This document shows positions 1-8,032 of a stretch of DNA of 18,906 nucleotides, piece by piece. Positions within the stretch are counted from its first letter, which is position 1, and each line of letters opens with the position of its first letter. Source of the stretch: a virus (lineage: Duplodnaviria > Heunggongvirae > Uroviricota > Caudoviricetes); the IMG/VR virus record IMGVR_UViG_2778261382_000003. The stretch is one strand, 5' to 3'. A program made the position numbers and the translations under genes. The notes beneath the pieces are model-generated. The model was not told the origin of the DNA. It was given only the letters and a program-made list of their open reading frames with translations, and ran no database searches.

Positions 1-12
1 TATTTCCTCCTT

Positions 13-291
13 TCAGCTCCATTCCCGAAGCGGTGTTTCCAGCTCCACGACATAATCAGAGAATACAGAAACATCAAACAAGTCATCAAGAATGCGAATG
101 TTGACAAAATAACCATCATTCCGGATACAGACAGGTTCTCCCTCTTCTGTTACCCCTGTTTCTGTGTAGGTGAAACCAATTTCATCAACTAACAGTTTAT
201 TCTGGAGGTCTTCATCTTCCGCCCAGCCAAGAGATGACAGGAAGGCCTTAAACTGCAGTTTGTCATGAAACTTCAAAGTTAAATCTTTCAT
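13..291 (-). CDS. Hypothetical small acidic protein (92 aa) immediately downstream of the tail fibre gene; possible tail-fibre accessory protein, but not a recognisable lambda Tfa
   Basis: Complete ORF. Its ATG (289-291) overlaps the tail fibre stop (288-290) in an ATGA arrangement, implying translational coupling. No recognisable family motif. Confidence 0.5.
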   Translation of the reverse strand: MKDLTLKFHDKLQFKAFLSSLGWAEDEDLQNKLLVDEIGFTYTETGVTEEGEPVCIRNDGYFVNIRILDDLFDVSVFSDYVVELETPLREWS

Positions 292-2249
292 ACGACCTCT
301 TTTAATTGCCTGTCATTTAATTCTTTATGCCATATGCGGAAATTGCGAATATGGCCAAACAGATGTCGTTCTCCAGTGTTCGTCTGCCCTCCAAATCGGA
401 TATTTTTATCAGCGGTCACGCCATTATATTCACAATAAACTTTATTAACCGCTTTACCATTTGTCACCACATGAAAGTGACCATCAGCTTTTGCAATACA
501 TCCAAATGTGGTTTTCTCTGCAAATACATCTGTCGCTGCGCTATTAACATACGAGCCTGAAGGGTTTGACAGACTCATATATAACTTACCACTACCTCTG
601 TTGATTGCTGCAATTGCTGATTGCCCGGTATTGGCTGCTGCTATATCCCACACGCGGGGTGCGGCGTTTGGTGCAATATCCCAGTTTTTATGAATCTCAA
701 GTAAAAAAGTAAATGGTAACTTATAAAGATTATTTCTGGTGGGGATACTAACCAAATCACTGGCTCTTGTCGTTGCGCTGCCTCCTGAAATAATAAATGA
801 TGATACACACGGCCCATTCTCTACTTGTGGGGTGGCAAGATAAATATAGTCACCAGATACTGTTGCCCCACCCTGCTCAGGAGAATACTGTATCTGAGAG
901 CCTATTTTTAACTCACCATCAATTGCCTGAATCGTTGCCTCTGCAAAAATCCAGCCTGTGGTCTTATCCTTCCTGACTCGTGCCGTAATTCTGCCGGCAG
1001 CCCCACCTGTCATATTAATTTCAAGCGTTTGCGTATCAATGTACGCATCGCCAAGAAAAGTTGTTGCACTACCATCATACTTATCAAACCGTATACGTAA
1101 CCTTACCTGTCGTTCTGTTTTAAAACGGCATGAGGTTGTCACGTACTTGTTATCGCCTGAGACATCAACTGACTTTGTTGCAGCAATTGATGCCATATTA
1201 ATAGCCGAAGTTTGCCCAACCAGAGAATCGTTGCAGACAAACTTTCCATAAGTAAAACCAAAACTATCTGTCCCGGTTTCGGGCACATCCATGTTTGATG
1301 ACTTCCCCCAGCTGGCTGGACTTTCCGAATTGAGCATGTAGTTCGTTCTTTGTCCCTCAATAAGCAGGCCATCACACTCAAATCGCGGCTCATTAATTTC
1401 CGCCGTTTTCAGTTCGCCAGATTTGTTGATATATGTTGCCGTTGATGCGCGACTGAAATTAACCTGTTTATCACTGGCGACCTGAACCACATCGTCACCA
1501 ATAGCTATTTTTTTATAGCCCGGAGAAAAACCCGCAATCATATCCAGTGAATCGTTAAACGGTATCCACACATCAGGCAGCGGCGGCACTATATTCGCAT
1601 AGGGCTCTGCAGTCACTTCCGCTGCGACTTCTGCGCGGTCTGCCGCCTTTTCAGCCCGTGTCGCTGCCGACAGAGCCTCATCCTTTTTCTGCCCGGCCTT
1701 TGTTGCGTCTGCTGCGGCCTCCCGCGCTTTTGTGGTGGCGACTCCGGCATTTTCAGCGGCTGACTCTGCATTACGGCGGGAAGCCTCTTCACTGTCTGCG
1801 GAGGCTTCTTCTGACGCACGGGCATTTGTCTCTGAACGTTCTGCCGCTGTTGCTGCGTTTTGTGCGGCTGTTTTTGAAGAAGCTGCCGCTTTCGCGCTGT
1901 TACCTGCATTCGTCTCTGATGTTTTCGCCGCATTCCTGGACGATGCCGCTGCTGTTTCTGATTTCTTTGCTGCCGCTGCGCTCTGAGAGGCGGCTTCAGC
2001 GTTGCGTGCCACCTCTTCCACCATCTTTTCAAAACGATACAGTGCCTCCGGACGAACATCATCTTCTGTTGCAGCGCCCAGAAAATCATTCAGCGTCCCC
2101 GGCTTAGAATCCTCATACACGGTGATGGTCCCGGCATGTGAAGGCGGAAAACCTTCAACCAGCAGGATAACGCTGTACTGGCCATACTCGACATCCATGC
2201 TGTAACGTCCGGCTTCATCCGGATTTTCTGAGGCCACCGTGTTCACCAC
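288..2249 (-). CDS. stf: Side tail fibre protein (lambda Stf-like N-terminus, Ala/Ser/Thr-rich repetitive shaft, divergent C-terminal receptor-binding domain)
   Basis: N-terminal region (VNTVASENPDEAGRYSMDVEYGQYSVILLVEGFPPSHAGTITVYEDS) matches the lambda side tail fibre N-terminus from memory. Low-complexity shaft follows. C-terminus ends ...GERHLFGHIRNFRIWHKELNDRQLKE, resembling the end of LamG/concanavalin-like jelly-roll domains. The annotated start is GTG; the frame stays open upstream to about 2330 (..KPIQNCTIQLKAKRNSTTVV) without an ATG, so the true N-terminus is uncertain or truncated. Confidence 0.85.
   Translation of the reverse strand: MVNTVASENPDEAGRYSMDVEYGQYSVILLVEGFPPSHAGTITVYEDSKPGTLNDFLGAATEDDVRPEALYRFEKMVEEVARNAEAASQSAAAAKKSETAAASSRNAAKTSETNAGNSAKAAASSKTAAQNAATAAERSETNARASEEASADSEEASRRNAESAAENAGVATTKAREAAADATKAGQKKDEALSAATRAEKAADRAEVAAEVTAEPYANIVPPLPDVWIPFNDSLDMIAGFSPGYKKIAIGDDVVQVASDKQVNFSRASTATYINKSGELKTAEINEPRFECDGLLIEGQRTNYMLNSESPASWGKSSNMDVPETGTDSFGFTYGKFVCNDSLVGQTSAINMASIAATKSVDVSGDNKYVTTSCRFKTERQVRLRIRFDKYDGSATTFLGDAYIDTQTLEINMTGGAAGRITARVRKDKTTGWIFAEATIQAIDGELKIGSQIQYSPEQGGATVSGDYIYLATPQVENGPCVSSFIISGGSATTRASDLVSIPTRNNLYKLPFTFLLEIHKNWDIAPNAAPRVWDIAAANTGQSAIAAINRGSGKLYMSLSNPSGSYVNSAATDVFAEKTTFGCIAKADGHFHVVTNGKAVNKVYCEYNGVTADKNIRFGGQTNTGERHLFGHIRNFRIWHKELNDRQLKEVV
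1610..2000. repeat. Degenerate Ala/Ser/Thr/Glu-rich tandem codon repeats inside the tail fibre gene
   Basis: Translation is low-complexity (AAASSRNAAKTSETNAGNSAKAAASSKTAAQNAATAAERSETNARASEEAS...). The repetitive GC-rich DNA keeps several antisense and alternate-frame ORFs open in the six-frame track. Confidence 0.55.
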
Positions 2250-2528
2250 AACCGTGGTGCTGTTACGTTTTGCTTTGAGCTGAATGGTGCAGTTCTGTAT
2301 CGGTTTACGGCGAAGAAGAACGGAAACGCCTTAAACCGGAAAATTTTCATAAATAGCGAAAACCCGCGAGGTCGCCGCCCCGTAACCTGTTGGATCGACG
2401 GAAAGGACCCGAAAACGAGAATAATTATCACTTACAGCAAGAATCGAATCTGATCTATTATGGTGCTTGCTATTATGTGCCGGCACAAGTGCGTCGTTTA
2501 CCGTCATTTCACACAGAGGCATCATCAA

Positions 2529-2780
2529 ATGAAAATCAGAAATATTCTCGCTATCTCCCTTGCGACATCATCCTTCAGTTGCCTGGCATTTAAATCCTCG
2601 CCCAATGTGCTACCAGGACCAACGAATCAACTAACTGCGGTAGAAAGTAAAATTATCGGACATTTTTATGCCCCACACAGTACATTACCCGGAACAACCA
2701 TCACAGGGACATGTGACGCCTCCCCCGTCCCGGGATGCACCTGCCCGTTTTGTACTATGCTGCGTAGCCAAAACCGATAA
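2529..2780 (+). CDS. Hypothetical small secreted Cys-rich protein (83 aa)
   Basis: Internal ATG of track ORF 2460-2780; N-terminus MKIRNILAISLATSSFSCLA looks like a signal peptide. Lies in the junction region between bor and the tail fibre. No recognisable homology; weak call. Confidence 0.3.
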   Translation: MKIRNILAISLATSSFSCLAFKSSPNVLPGPTNQLTAVESKIIGHFYAPHSTLPGTTITGTCDASPVPGCTCPFCTMLRSQNR

Positions 2781-2841
2781 CATCCGCATTTACCTGGTAT
2801 TCCATGATGAGTTCACGCAGCGACTGATAGAGGAAGGAAAG

Positions 2842-3021
2842 ATGGTTAGTAAAAGCAAGGCGCATTGCCGCCGCATGCTGCAGGCATTGCAACAGACGAG
2901 AGCAGGTATTTTTGACCAGTTGGAAAACTGCCAGCATACTTTGCCCGAGTATATCGCCATCTCATCGGAAACCAGTGCAACTCTTATTCATCGGGTTCCA
3001 CCAGAGAAAAAGAAGAAATGA
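2842..3021 (+). CDS. Hypothetical small protein (59 aa)
   Basis: ATG at 2842 preceded by a strong Shine-Dalgarno (gaggaaggaaag ATG). An inverted repeat at about 3028-3052 follows the stop. Function unknown. Confidence 0.35.
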   Translation: MVSKSKAHCRRMLQALQQTRAGIFDQLENCQHTLPEYIAISSETSATLIHRVPPEKKKK

Positions 3022-3143
3022 ACAGTGAGGCGTTGTGTGGCATACAACGCCTTCTTCCATCATTCCTCGTCAGCCATGACAAAAATATAACCGCTGGCTC
3101 TTTCATTTTTCTCCTGCTTCCAGCCCCTCTCTATCTGGAAGCA

Positions 3144-3470
3144 TCAAGGACGTGACGGCGTAAAGATAAATTGTCTCTTCACTCCCTGACAGGGGCGATT
3201 CTTTTCAAATCGCCATTTCGCCATGGCCTTCACCACTTCATCACGAAACAAATTATGAGGCTCTGAGCGGAGAAAAACGATCCGTGTCACAGTCCCATCA
3301 GCACCAATATCGAACTTAACCTCAACCAGCCCCTTGATATAATTTGCTGCAGCATATTCCGGATATCGTGGATACACCGTCACTAATTGCCGGGGCTCAT
3401 CAGCTTTTTGCTGCGAGCATCCCACTGCCAGGACAGATAACAGAAAAAGTAGTAAAAGGCGTCTTTTCAT
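3144..3470 (-). CDS. Prophage lipoprotein with TonB C-terminal-like domain
   Basis: Start taken at the internal ATG (3468-3470) with SD agga 7 nt upstream. N-terminus MKRRLLLLFLLSVLAVGCSQQ is a signal peptide with lipobox (LAVGC). Remainder (VYPRYPEYAAANYIKGLVEVKFDIGADGTVTRIVFLRSEP..FRDEVVKAMAKWRFE) matches the TonB C-terminal domain pattern from memory. Confidence 0.6.
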   Translation of the reverse strand: MKRRLLLLFLLSVLAVGCSQQKADEPRQLVTVYPRYPEYAAANYIKGLVEVKFDIGADGTVTRIVFLRSEPHNLFRDEVVKAMAKWRFEKNRPCQGVKRQFIFTPSRP

Positions 3471-3950
3471 TTTTATTCCTACGGGTCTTATTCTGACAAT
3501 ATATCCTGTGTTCCAGACTGCCACATCACCACATCCTGTGCCATTATCTGACTCACATTACATACATCGCATCGGGATACAGTAGTAGCACTTTCTGTAA
3601 TACAGCTTCCTGTTTCTTCCACCATCGCACCGGGATAAACCCGCGAATCATTAACGCGGTAAAAACCCGGTGTGCATCGTTTTTAATTATTCCCGCACAC
3701 TCACGCAGAAGGAATTCCCCGTCGGGCTACGGTCATGGTTAATGCGGGAATACGGCGACGATACAGCGCAGCTAAAAGGGTAATGGACGGATAGACCGGT
3801 TTATTTCATTCCACAGGATTCTGAGTGTCCCCAACTTCCTCCAATAGTCTGAGCCCACCTGTGTAGTTTTAATTTTCATCAATCCATTTAACTATCGTTT
3901 AATTGTTGTCACATAGGATTCTGCCGTTTTTAACAATGCAGGATAATAAG

Positions 3951-4244
3951 ATGAAAAAAATGTTGTTTTCTGCCGCTCTGGCAATGCTTATTACAGGATG
4001 TGCTCAACAGACGTTTACTGTTGGAAACAAACCTACAGCAGTAACACCAAAGGAAACCATCACCCATCATTTCTTCGTTTCGGGAATTGGGCAGAAGAAA
4101 ACTGTCGATGCAGCAAAAATTTGTGGTGGTGCAGAAAATGTTGTTAAAACAGAAACCCAGCAAACATTCGTAAATGGATTGCTCGGTTTTATTACTTTAG
4201 GCATTTATACTCCGCTGGAAGCGCGTGTGTATTGCTCACAATAA
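3951..4244 (+). CDS. bor: Bor lipoprotein (serum-resistance, lysogenic conversion)
   Basis: 97-aa protein MKKMLFSAALAMLITGCAQQTFTV...ARVYCSQ, near-identical to lambda Bor from memory. Lipobox LITGC. RBS aggataataag ATG. Opposite strand to the lysis genes, as in lambda. Confidence 0.9.
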   Translation: MKKMLFSAALAMLITGCAQQTFTVGNKPTAVTPKETITHHFFVSGIGQKKTVDAAKICGGAENVVKTETQQTFVNGLLGFITLGIYTPLEARVYCSQ

Positions 4245-4275
4245 TTGCATGAGTTGCCCATCGATATGGGCAGCT

Positions 4276-4752
4276 CTATCTGCACTGCTCATTAATATAC
4301 TTCTGGGTTCCTTCCAGTTGTTTTTGCATAGTGATCAGCCTCTCTCTGAGGGTGAAATAATCCCGTTCAGCGGTGTCTGCCAGTCGGGGGGAGGCTGCAT
4401 TATCCACGCCGGAGGCGGTGGTGGCTTCACGCACTGACTGACAGACTGCTTTGATGTGCAACCGACGACGACCAGCGGCAACATCATCACGCAGAGCATC
4501 ATTTTCAGCTTTCGCATCAGCTAACTCCTTCGTGTATTTTGCATCGAGCGCAGCAACATCACGCTGACGCATCTGTATGTCAGTAATTGCCGCGTTCGCC
4601 AGCGTCAGTTCTCTGGCATTTTTGTCGCGCTGGGCTTTGTAGGTAATCGCGTTATCGCGGTAATGATTAACAGCCCAAGACAGGCAGACGATGATGCAGA
4701 TAACCAGAGCGGAGATAATCGCGGCAACTCTTCTCACTGATCTATCCCCCAA
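4276..4752 (-). CDS. Rz: Rz i-spanin
   Basis: Translation (..[40 protein letters not shown]...QKYINEQCR) closely matches lambda Rz. Immediately downstream of the endolysin gene; exact start codon uncertain. Confidence 0.85.
   Translation of the reverse strand: MGDRSVRRVAAIISALVICIIVCLSWAVNHYRDNAITYKAQRDKNARELTLANAAITDIQMRQRDVAALDAKYTKELADAKAENDALRDDVAAGRRRLHIKAVCQSVREATTASGVDNAASPRLADTAERDYFTLRERLITMQKQLEGTQKYINEQCR
4335..4517 (-). CDS. Rz1: Rz1 o-spanin (outer-membrane lipoprotein embedded in the +1 frame of Rz)
   Basis: 60-aa ORF wholly inside Rz: [60 protein letters not shown], with lipobox and proline-rich stretch, essentially lambda Rz1. Confidence 0.85.
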   Translation of the reverse strand: MRKLKMMLCVMMLPLVVVGCTSKQSVSQCVKPPPPPAWIMQPPPDWQTPLNGIISPSERG

Positions 4753-5267
4753 CAGGCTAATGCGCTTTCCTGGTCACGACGAATAACCTGTCCGTAGCAG
4801 TTATTTGAACGTGTGCGGCAATCACGCCCACCGTCCTTAATCCACCAGCGAATCGACTCACAGGCACCTTTACGATCACCGGCATTAAGCCGCTTATAAA
4901 ACGTCGACGGGAAACACTTACCGGGGCCAATGTTATAGGGGCAAAATGACGCGATACCTGCTTTTTGTGGCTCGGTCAGTGGAACTTTTATATTACGCTC
5001 CACCCATGCCAGCGCCTTATCCCGCTCAATGGCGTTAACCTGGGCGCATTTTTCCTTCGACAGTTTCATGCCCGGAATAACAGGTTTACCATCCACCACC
5101 GTGGCACCCCGGCAAATGGTCCATATGCCGGAACCATCGCGGTATGCCTTTGTGTGGTTACCCTCTTTTTCGTCCAGAAACTGGTCAAGTATCTGAGGAG
5201 CAGACGCGCCTGCGGCAATCAGCGCCAGAACAGCAGCCGACAGGCCGTATCTGATTTTTACGTTCAT
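4734..5267 (-). CDS. R: SAR endolysin (phage lysozyme, T4-lysozyme / R21-like muramidase with N-terminal signal-anchor-release helix)
   Basis: N-terminal hydrophobic Gly/Ala-rich helix ([18 protein letters not shown]). Conserved pattern E..C...(L)..F.YN.G.G.F..S.....N.GD..GAC..I..W..GG......RR..E...C typical of R21/P1 Lyz-type SAR endolysins. Not lambda-R-like. Confidence 0.9.
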   Translation of the reverse strand: MNVKIRYGLSAAVLALIAAGASAPQILDQFLDEKEGNHTKAYRDGSGIWTICRGATVVDGKPVIPGMKLSKEKCAQVNAIERDKALAWVERNIKVPLTEPQKAGIASFCPYNIGPGKCFPSTFYKRLNAGDRKGACESIRWWIKDGGRDCRTRSNNCYGQVIRRDQESALACWGIDQ

Positions 5268-5401
5268 GGATATTTATCAGGATTTATCGGTTTCTGAACC
5301 CTGGATATGTTAAGCATTCAGCCCGTCAGTGGTAGGACACTGGCGCTCTGGTTAAGGATTATGGGGGATGCTGGCTGAGCTACCCCATCTGAGGATTTGA
5401 T

Positions 5402-5641
5402 ATGCAAAAAGAAGTTTTTATCAATATTACAGCTGACTGCTCATCTCCTGCATCAACAGCAAAAGAAATTGAAGCTCTTAAATATATGATTACAGTAATA
5501 TTTTCCGTATTGGACCAGAATGAAAAAAATGGAATCATTCATCAATTAAATGAACATGTAAATAATCCATATATCAAAAGCAATCTGGAAATGCTGCTAC
5601 CAATGAAAGATATTGGAAAACCAACTGAAACAAAAGGCTAA
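5402..5641 (+). CDS. Hypothetical protein (79 aa), AT-rich insert within the lysis cassette
   Basis: ATG at 5402 with SD (gagga ttt gat ATG). Markedly AT-rich compared with flanking lysis genes. Convergent with the DUF1327-like gene and overlapping it by 4 nt (5638-5641). Confidence 0.4.
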   Translation: MQKEVFINITADCSSPASTAKEIEALKYMITVIFSVLDQNEKNGIIHQLNEHVNNPYIKSNLEMLLPMKDIGKPTETKG

Positions 5642-5952
5642 CAACCAGTAATCGAGTTATCTGAACTGTTAATTTTTATGGTATACCGCGCCTCTGAACA
5701 GGGGCGCGTTTCTGGCAACAGCTCGTCCCCTTCACATAACCCGGCAGCAACATCCAGGAAGACCTGTCTGATGCTCCTTCTGGCTGCAGCCTCATAAAAC
5801 TCCAGCGCGGCACCTTCAACACGGTCCAGCGAGATGTCCAGGTCAAAAATTTCACCGTCAAAGCGTTTTTTGTCCCGTAACGCTAAAGTTACCGTAACTT
5901 TATTCTCAAAATTGCGGATCCCTTTCACAATCAGTTCATAGTTTTGAGTCAT
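5638..5952 (-). CDS. DUF1327-like (YdfR-like) protein, 104 aa, between holin and endolysin
   Basis: ATG at 5950-5952 lies 4 nt after the holin stop, with strong SD (ggggagag) inside the holin 3' end. Family assignment is from memory of YdfR-like prophage proteins next to holins and is tentative. Confidence 0.55.
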   Translation of the reverse strand: MTQNYELIVKGIRNFENKVTVTLALRDKKRFDGEIFDLDISLDRVEGAALEFYEAAARRSIRQVFLDVAAGLCEGDELLPETRPCSEARYTIKINSSDNSITGC

Positions 5953-5956
5953 TGAA

Positions 5957-6172
5957 TTACTCTCCCCGTGCAGCCTTACGCTTATCTTCTTTAATCTTGA
6001 AATAAAGGTTTGTCAGGTACGTCAGCAGGCCAAATACCAGGCTACCCAGCACACCTATTGCCGCCCACTGTGAGGGCGTGACTTTATCGAGCAACTGTAA
6101 AAACCAGTACCCGGCACTACCTGCTGAGGTGCCATAGGCGACACCCGTTGTTAACTTATCCATGGATTTCAT
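5957..6172 (-). CDS. S: Class II pinholin (phage 21 S / EssD-like) with dual-start antiholin/holin motif
   Basis: 71 aa [71 protein letters not shown]. Two TM segments, basic C-terminus, and Met1-Lys2-Ser3-Met4 dual start as in S21 (71-aa and 68-aa forms). Partnered with a SAR endolysin. Confidence 0.9.
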
Positions 6173-6299
6173 AACCCCACCTCGCAGACAAAGCGGGTGT
6201 AAATTAAGGGGATACTACGTATCGCAATAAAGGCAGAAACGTAACAGATTCGGAGTCAGTGAATAACTCAGGTATTGGGTTATCAGCTAATATCGAGAC

Positions 6300-6335
6300 T
6301 CAAAAAATGGAAAAACCCGCTCGACGGCGGGTTTA
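6300..6335 (-). terminator. Putative rho-independent terminator (minus strand) about 130 bp upstream of the holin gene
   Basis: Minus-strand hairpin (cccgc..loop..gcggg, 6316-6331) followed by a T-rich run (tttttccattttttgag on the minus strand). Could be the tR'-type terminator read through by Q-modified polymerase. Confidence 0.4.
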
Positions 6336-6761
6336 AGCTGTGTGACGAAGTAACCACTCTTAACAGCATAACCAATTTTTTACGTACGTAAACTACTAAA
6401 TGATATTTGTGAGAATGCCACCGAGTGTTCAAAACACCACCACAAATACATAAGAAAACTTCAACAAATAACCAATGAATAATTTCCGATGTTATTTTTA
6501 GTTTGTTTAAATTAAGCTAAAGAATTATAGAGTGCTTATAAATAAGTGCCATTAATATAAATTAGCTAATAGATTTATTTTCGTTCAAACAAGAGCCATG
6601 AATAGGATTAGATAGAAAAGGTTCAGATAAAAATAGAGATCTACTTCACAAATTAAATGAGAAACTAAAACTTACATCTTGAAATAATCGCATTGATTAG
6701 ATGAATATTTATCGCGCAGTGACATCATTTTTTAATAATAGTTCAAAAAAAAGGGCGTACA

Positions 6762-7844
6762 ATGAAAAAATTAACAGTGGCAATTTCTGCTGTAGCTGCA
6801 TCAGTACTGATGGCGATGTCTGCTCAGGCAGCTGAAATTTATAATAAAGACAGTAACAAGCTGGATCTATACGGGAAAGTTAATGCCAAGCACTACTTCT
6901 CCTCTAATGATGCAGATGATGGTGATACTACTTATGCCCGTCTTGGCTTCAAAGGTGAAACCCAAATCAACGATCAACTGACTGGTTTCGGTCAGTGGGA
7001 ATATGAATTCAAAGGCAACCGTGCTGAATCTCAAGGTTCTTCCAAAGACAAAACCCGTCTTGCATTTGCAGGCCTGAAATTTGGTGATTACGGCTCAATC
7101 GATTACGGCCGTAACTACGGTGTAGCATACGACATCGGTGCGTGGACTGACGTCCTGCCAGAATTCGGTGGTGATACCTGGACCCAAACAGATGTGTTCA
7201 TGACTGGTCGCACTACTGGTGTTGCAACTTATCGTAACAACGACTTCTTTGGTCTGGTCGATGGCCTGAACTTTGCTGCTCAGTATCAGGGTAAAAATGA
7301 CCGCACTGACGTAACTGAAGCCAATGGTGATGGTTTCGGTTTCTCCACTACTTATGAGTATGAAGGATTCGGCGTGGGTGCAACCTATGCTAAATCAGAT
7401 CGCACTGACGGTCAGGTCGCCTATGGTAAGAGCAAATTCAATGCCTCCGGCAAAAATGCGGAAGTATGGGCTGCAGGCCTGAAATATGATGCGAACAATA
7501 TCTATCTGGCTACCACATATTCTGAAACTCAGAATATGACCGTTTTTGGTAATAACCATATTGCAAACAAAGCACAAAACTTTGAAGCAGTAGCACAATA
7601 TCAGTTTGACTTCGGTCTGCGACCATCTGTTGCTTACCTTCAGTCAAAAGGTAAAGACCTTGGTGTTCATGGTGACCGAGACTTAGTCAAGTATGTCGAT
7701 GTCGGTGCTACTTACTACTTTAATAAAAACATGTCCACTTTTGTTGATTACAAAATCAACTTAATTGACGATAGTAAGTTTACCAAAACAGCTGGTATTG
7801 ATACCGACGACATCGTCGCTGTAGGTCTGGTTTATCAGTTCTAA
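6762..7844 (+). CDS. nmpC: OmpC/OmpF-family general porin (phage Lc / NmpC-type), lysogenic-conversion moron
   Basis: 360 aa with signal peptide [23 protein letters not shown], mature start [18 protein letters not shown]-terminal ..VAVGLVYQF (terminal Phe), classic enterobacterial 16-strand porin features. Sits between Q and the holin on the opposite strand, as in DLP12 and PA-2. A long AT-rich leader lies upstream (6340-6760). Confidence 0.95.
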   Translation: MKKLTVAISAVAASVLMAMSAQAAEIYNKDSNKLDLYGKVNAKHYFSSNDADDGDTTYARLGFKGETQINDQLTGFGQWEYEFKGNRAESQGSSKDKTRLAFAGLKFGDYGSIDYGRNYGVAYDIGAWTDVLPEFGGDTWTQTDVFMTGRTTGVATYRNNDFFGLVDGLNFAAQYQGKNDRTDVTEANGDGFGFSTTYEYEGFGVGATYAKSDRTDGQVAYGKSKFNASGKNAEVWAAGLKYDANNIYLATTYSETQNMTVFGNNHIANKAQNFEAVAQYQFDFGLRPSVAYLQSKGKDLGVHGDRDLVKYVDVGATYYFNKNMSTFVDYKINLIDDSKFTKTAGIDTDDIVAVGLVYQF

Positions 7845-7855
7845 TCTGACTTACG

Positions 7856-7897
7856 AAAAAGATATGTTGCGGGAGGCTTTGCCTCCGCAACATATAA
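7856..7897 (-). terminator. Putative rho-independent terminator, minus strand (possible tR'-like terminator of a short late leader RNA); the same hairpin lies 19 bp past the porin stop
   Basis: Near-perfect inverted repeat atatgttgcgggaggc / gcctccgcaacatat (7863-7895). On the minus strand it is followed by cttttt; there is no T-run on the plus strand. Confidence 0.45.
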
Positions 7898-7981
7898 GTG
7901 GAGCCCTCAAGCCACTTCCTTTAGAAGCACTACCTTGCTTCTTACTATATAAACCTTCTGTTATATATTACCCTTTATTTT

Positions 7982-8007
7982 GGGGGCGTTTCCACGCCCC
8001 ATTTTTA
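7982..8007 (+). terminator. Putative rho-independent terminator, plus strand, downstream of the porin gene
   Basis: GC stem ggggcg / cgcccc (6 bp, loop tttcca) followed by attttta on the plus strand. The sequence between here and the Q stop (8008-8032) contains -35/-10-like hexamers on the minus strand (ttgcaa ... tattaa), a candidate late promoter at very low confidence. Confidence 0.45.
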
Positions 8008-8032
8008 ATAACTTTTAGTAAACAATTGCATA

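Noticed and set aside
327-1393. Small ORFs antisense or out of frame within the tail fibre C-terminal region (327-560 +, 508-693 +, 958-1251 +, 1139-1393 -)
   Set aside because: Fully contained within the well-supported tail fibre CDS; no start context and no recognisable protein features.
1613-2107. Long ORFs on both strands overlapping the tail fibre gene (1658-2107 +, 1732-1986 +, 1613-2089 -)
   Set aside because: They lie within the Ala/Ser/Thr-rich repetitive shaft-coding DNA. The translations are low-complexity (poly-Ala/Leu/Arg/Gln), have no RBS, and are typical open antisense frames of GC-rich repetitive coding sequence.
3471-3950. About 480-bp non-coding gap between the lipoprotein gene and bor, examined for an sRNA or tRNA
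   Set aside because: No cloverleaf-compatible structure, no clear promoter-terminator pair and no long conserved hairpin were visible by eye; most likely divergent promoter space. Cannot be excluded without covariance or expression data.
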